Source: an uncultured Gemmatimonadales bacterium (GTDB taxonomy: Bacteria; Gemmatimonadota; Gemmatimonadetes; Longimicrobiales; RSA9). From it: 64,000 nt of DNA. The stretch covers positions 416,001 through 480,000 of the forward strand of contig CAWAMW010000016.1 of the NCBI GenBank assembly GCA_963783305.1, written 5' to 3'. The notes beneath the pieces are model-generated. The model was given only the letters and a program-made list of their open reading frames with translations. It was not told where the DNA came from and ran no database searches. How positions within the stretch are numbered: the stretch's first letter is position 1; the number at the start of each line of letters is the position of its first letter. Shown here in pieces: positions 61,091 through 64,000 of the stretch. The translations under genes and the position numbers were made by a program.

Positions 61091-62121
61091 CGCAGTCCGT
61101 ACCTCTCCAGACCCGACTCCAGAACGGCAACGATCATCGCCGGGTACTCGATCCCCGCGGCCCGAGCCGCCTTGGGGAAACACGAGTTCTGCTCGGGGTC
61201 CGGGAGCACCCCCGGCAGCGGGTTCAGCTCGATGACCCGGGGAACGCCCAGTTCGTCGAGGCGAAGGTCGACGCGCGACCAGTCACGACAGCCGAGGGCC
61301 CGGTGCGCCGCCAGGGCCGTGTCCGACACGGAGCGCTCCAGCGCCGGCTCGAGCTCCGCGGGGCACTGGAAGATGTGGAGCGGCTTCTCCGGTCGGTCCC
61401 AGATCCACTTGGCCTCGTAGCCGTAGATGGGCCGGGCCCCGGCGGGGAGCGCGTCGAAGCGGATCTCCACCAGGGGGAGCGCACGAGCGCGGTCGCCGGT
61501 GCCCAGGATGGCGCAGGTGAACTCGCGTCCCGGGAGGAACGCCTCGACCAGAGCCGGCTGCGCATACTCGTCCAGGACCTGGTCCACGCGGGCCAGGATC
61601 GCGTCTGGGCTCTCGCACAGCGCTGACTCGGGGATCCCCTTGCTCGAGCCCTCGAGCAGCGGCTTGACGATGGCGGGGACGGGAATGTGCAGGGCGAGCT
61701 GCCGGTCCTCCGCCCGCGCCACCACGACGCCCGCCGGGACCGGCACGCCGGCCGCGCGCAGGACTTCCTTGGTCCGGCGCTTGTCGAGGGCCAGCCCGAG
61801 GGTGAGCGGATCACTGCCGGTGTACGGGATTCCGAAGAATTCGCAGATCGCCGGGACGTGGGCTTCCCGGTTCGGGCCGTGCAGGCCCTCCGCGATGTTG
61901 AAGACAATGTCCGGACGGGCGGCCCGAAGGCGCTCGGGGAACGTCTCATCGGCCTCGAGCCGGATCACCTCCCCGGCACGGGCAAGCGCGGCTTCGACCG
62001 CCGCTATGGTAGAAGGATCGTCCCACTCGGCGAACTGGTCGTCGAGCGGACGCGGGGTACCGGGAGGCTCATCCTCAGCGTCCGGCTTCTCGTTGTAGGC
62101 GAACCCAATGCGCAGCGGCAT
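61087..62121 (-). CDS. D-Ala-D-Ala-ligase-like ATP-grasp enzyme (paralog 1)
   Basis: FNIAEG, IPYTGSD, VKPLLEGSSKGI, GREFT, SRVDLR, IELNPLPG. Confidence 0.9.
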   Translation of the reverse strand: MPLRIGFAYNEKPDAEDEPPGTPRPLDDQFAEWDDPSTIAAVEAALARAGEVIRLEADETFPERLRAARPDIVFNIAEGLHGPNREAHVPAICEFFGIPYTGSDPLTLGLALDKRRTKEVLRAAGVPVPAGVVVARAEDRQLALHIPVPAIVKPLLEGSSKGIPESALCESPDAILARVDQVLDEYAQPALVEAFLPGREFTCAILGTGDRARALPLVEIRFDALPAGARPIYGYEAKWIWDRPEKPLHIFQCPAELEPALERSVSDTALAAHRALGCRDWSRVDLRLDELGVPRVIELNPLPGVLPDPEQNSCFPKAARAAGIEYPAMIVAVLESGLERYGLR

Positions 62122-62141
62122 CTTCTGATCCGAACCCCATG

Positions 62142-62167
62142 AAAAAAGCGCCCCTCGCAAGGGACGC
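62142..62167 (-). terminator. Intrinsic terminator inside the 5' leader of the ATP-grasp/kamA operon
   Basis: Minus strand GCGTCCCT-TGCG-AGGGGCGC-TTTTTT, ending 20 nt before the ATG at 62121. Confidence 0.7.
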
Positions 62168-62360
62168 GGTCGTTAGCCGATCCTTCCTATGGCCGGGGCG
62201 TTGGCCCCGTTGAGTTGAATGATAATGCGGCGACGGAAAAAAGAAAGACCTTTGCGCCCGCCGCGCCGCTCGGACCGTCTGACGGTCCGGCATTTGCCAT
62301 GGTATGGGAGCACGGGTAGCTTCGAACTTTTACAGTCCAGGGGAGCCGTAGACCGCCGTC

Positions 62361-63512
62361 ATGCGCGACGAGTATACCATCGGCGTCGAGGAGGAGTACC
62401 AGCTCATTGACGCCGACACGGCGGCGCTACGCAGCCGCGCCAGCGATGTGCTCGCTACCGACTGGAGTGATGAGATCCGGGCCGAGCTGCACGAGAACAC
62501 CGTGGAGATCGGGACGCCGGTCTGCCGGGGCTGGTCCGAAGTGCGTGACCAGCTGGGGCGGCAGCGATTTCAGACCGCTACGGCGGCAGCGGCCGAGGGT
62601 CTGGAGATCGCCGCGGCGGGGCTCCACCCGTTCAGTCGGTGGGAAGGCCACGCGATCCACGCGAAAGAGCGGTACGCGGCCATCGCCGAGCGCCACGACC
62701 GGATCGCCCGGCAGGTCCAGATTTTCGGTATGCACATCCACGTGGGGATCCCGGCGCGTGTAGACCGGCTGTCGCTCATGGGCGTCGTGAAGGCGTTCTG
62801 CCCCCACCTGCTGGCGCTGTCGGCCAGCTCGCCGTTCCTGGAGGGCGAGGATACCGGCTTTGCGTCCTACCGCTCCGTGCTCTGGCGTCAGTTCCCCTTC
62901 ATGGGCGTCCCACCGCACTTCGAGGATGAGGCCGAGTACGAGCGCTACCTCGAGCTGCTCCTCGAGAGCGGGGCGCTGGCCGACCGCGGGAGCCTGTACT
63001 GGAGCATCCGGCCGCACGCCACGTATCCCACGATCGAGTTCCGGTCGCCCGACGTGTGCCCCGCGGCGGATGACGCCGCTACGCTCGCGGAGCTGGTCCG
63101 GATGGTGGTGGTGGGCGTGGCGGAGTTCGGCCTGACGATCCCGGGCGGGGAGCGAGGCGGGCTGTCGCACGAGACCTGGAACGAGGTGCTGCGGGAGAAC
63201 GAATGGCTGGCGGGGCGGTACGGGCTGGACGCCAAGCTCGTCGCGCCGGTGGAGCAGGGACACAAGCTCGGTGTGCGAACGGCGATACGTTCGCTCCTGG
63301 ACCGGCTTTCTCCGGTCGCCGAGGCCCTGGATGTGGTGGACACCCTGGGTCGTGTGGAGGAGCTGTTGGAGCGCGGGAACGGCGCGGACCGGATGCGCCG
63401 GGTCTACGGTGAGCACGAGTCCTACCAGGCGGTCGTGGAGTGGTTGGTGCGTGAGACGCGGCTGGGCACGGGAACGGACCGGCGTCGGAAGCAGCGGGCC
63501 AACGGCGGGTGA
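62361..63512 (+). CDS. ybdK: Carboxylate-amine ligase, YbdK/GCS2 family
   Basis: TIGVEEEYQL, EIGTPVC, GLHPF, GMHIHVG, ALSASSPF, YWSIRP..YPTIEFR. Confidence 0.92.
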   Translation: MRDEYTIGVEEEYQLIDADTAALRSRASDVLATDWSDEIRAELHENTVEIGTPVCRGWSEVRDQLGRQRFQTATAAAAEGLEIAAAGLHPFSRWEGHAIHAKERYAAIAERHDRIARQVQIFGMHIHVGIPARVDRLSLMGVVKAFCPHLLALSASSPFLEGEDTGFASYRSVLWRQFPFMGVPPHFEDEAEYERYLELLLESGALADRGSLYWSIRPHATYPTIEFRSPDVCPAADDAATLAELVRMVVVGVAEFGLTIPGGERGGLSHETWNEVLRENEWLAGRYGLDAKLVAPVEQGHKLGVRTAIRSLLDRLSPVAEALDVVDTLGRVEELLERGNGADRMRRVYGEHESYQAVVEWLVRETRLGTGTDRRRKQRANGG

Positions 63513-63567
63513 AGGACATCACCGTGGGCGAGGAGGGGCGGATCAGGCTGTCCCCCCTGTCCGGGGG

Positions 63568-64000
63568 GTGACGACCGAGATCAGGCTGGGCCGCGGACTC
63601 TTCGAGCGCCTGCCTGCGCTGTTGGCGGAGCACGCGCCGGCGTCCGCGTTCGCGGTTGTATCCGACGCGAACGTGGCGGCGCTCTACGGTGGTCGGCTGC
63701 GCGACGCCCTTAGGACCTCGGGCGCCGCGGCGGAGCTCTACACGTTCCCGGCCGGCGAGACGAGCAAGTCGCCGGAGCGGTGGGCGGAGCTGGTGGAGGC
63801 ACTGGCCGCGGCGGGGTTCGGTCGCGACGGCTGCGTCGTGGCGCTGGGCGGCGGGGTGACCGGGGACCTGGCCGGCTTCGTCGCCGCCACGTACGCACGG
63901 GGCGTCGCGCTGGTGCAGGTCCCTACCTCGCTGCTGGCGATGATCGACGCCTCCATCGGCGGGAAGACGGGGCTCGACCTTCGCGCCGGGAAGAACCTGG
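63568..64000 (+). CDS. aroB: 3-dehydroquinate synthase (3' end truncated; not in the supplied ORF track)
   Basis: My translation: PAGETSKS, ALGGGVTGDLAGFVAATYARG, VPTSLLAMIDASIGGKTG, KNL. Confidence 0.95.
   Translation, partial: MTTEIRLGRGLFERLPALLAEHAPASAFAVVSDANVAALYGGRLRDALRTSGAAAELYTFPAGETSKSPERWAELVEALAAAGFGRDGCVVALGGGVTGDLAGFVAATYARGVALVQVPTSLLAMIDASIGGKTGLDLRAGKNL

Noticed and set aside
60164..62121. Vancomycin-resistance ligases or housekeeping ddl
   Set aside because: Lack the Ddl/Van N-terminal GGxSxE motif; no vanH/vanX/vanRS or mur genes adjacent

Overview
High-GC bacterial chromosomal segment; gene content (SusC/SusD pair, DUF5916 protein, NagB-II fusion, CesT-like+PspA) suggests Gemmatimonadota or a related diderm (inference only). 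It is mostly housekeeping: lepB, ruvB-queA-tgt-yajC-def-fmt-thiE-thiS-thiG, cdd, tsaD, htpX, efp, uvrA, tyrS, folK, aroB. I see no rRNA, tRNA, CRISPR or transposase. Highlights: (1) an intact, translationally coupled gatE-gatD operon (Glu-tRNA(Gln) amidotransferase, classically archaea-only) next to tyrS; (2) a four-gene operon of two Ddl-like ATP-grasp ligases, a GNAT and a KamA lysine 2,3-aminomutase, preceded by a short structured leader ending in an intrinsic terminator (candidate attenuator or riboswitch); (3) a peptidoglycan/amino-sugar salvage locus (namZ, NagZ-esterase fusion, NagB-PIG-L fusion, SSS transporter); (4) a likely copper/oxidase assembly trio with a Met-rich tail; (5) a 48-bp alternating mini-hairpin tandem array plus G-tracts between lpoB and ruvB; (6) sigma54-type promoters in front of small stress/membrane genes. 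All family calls come from motif recognition by eye, not database searches.
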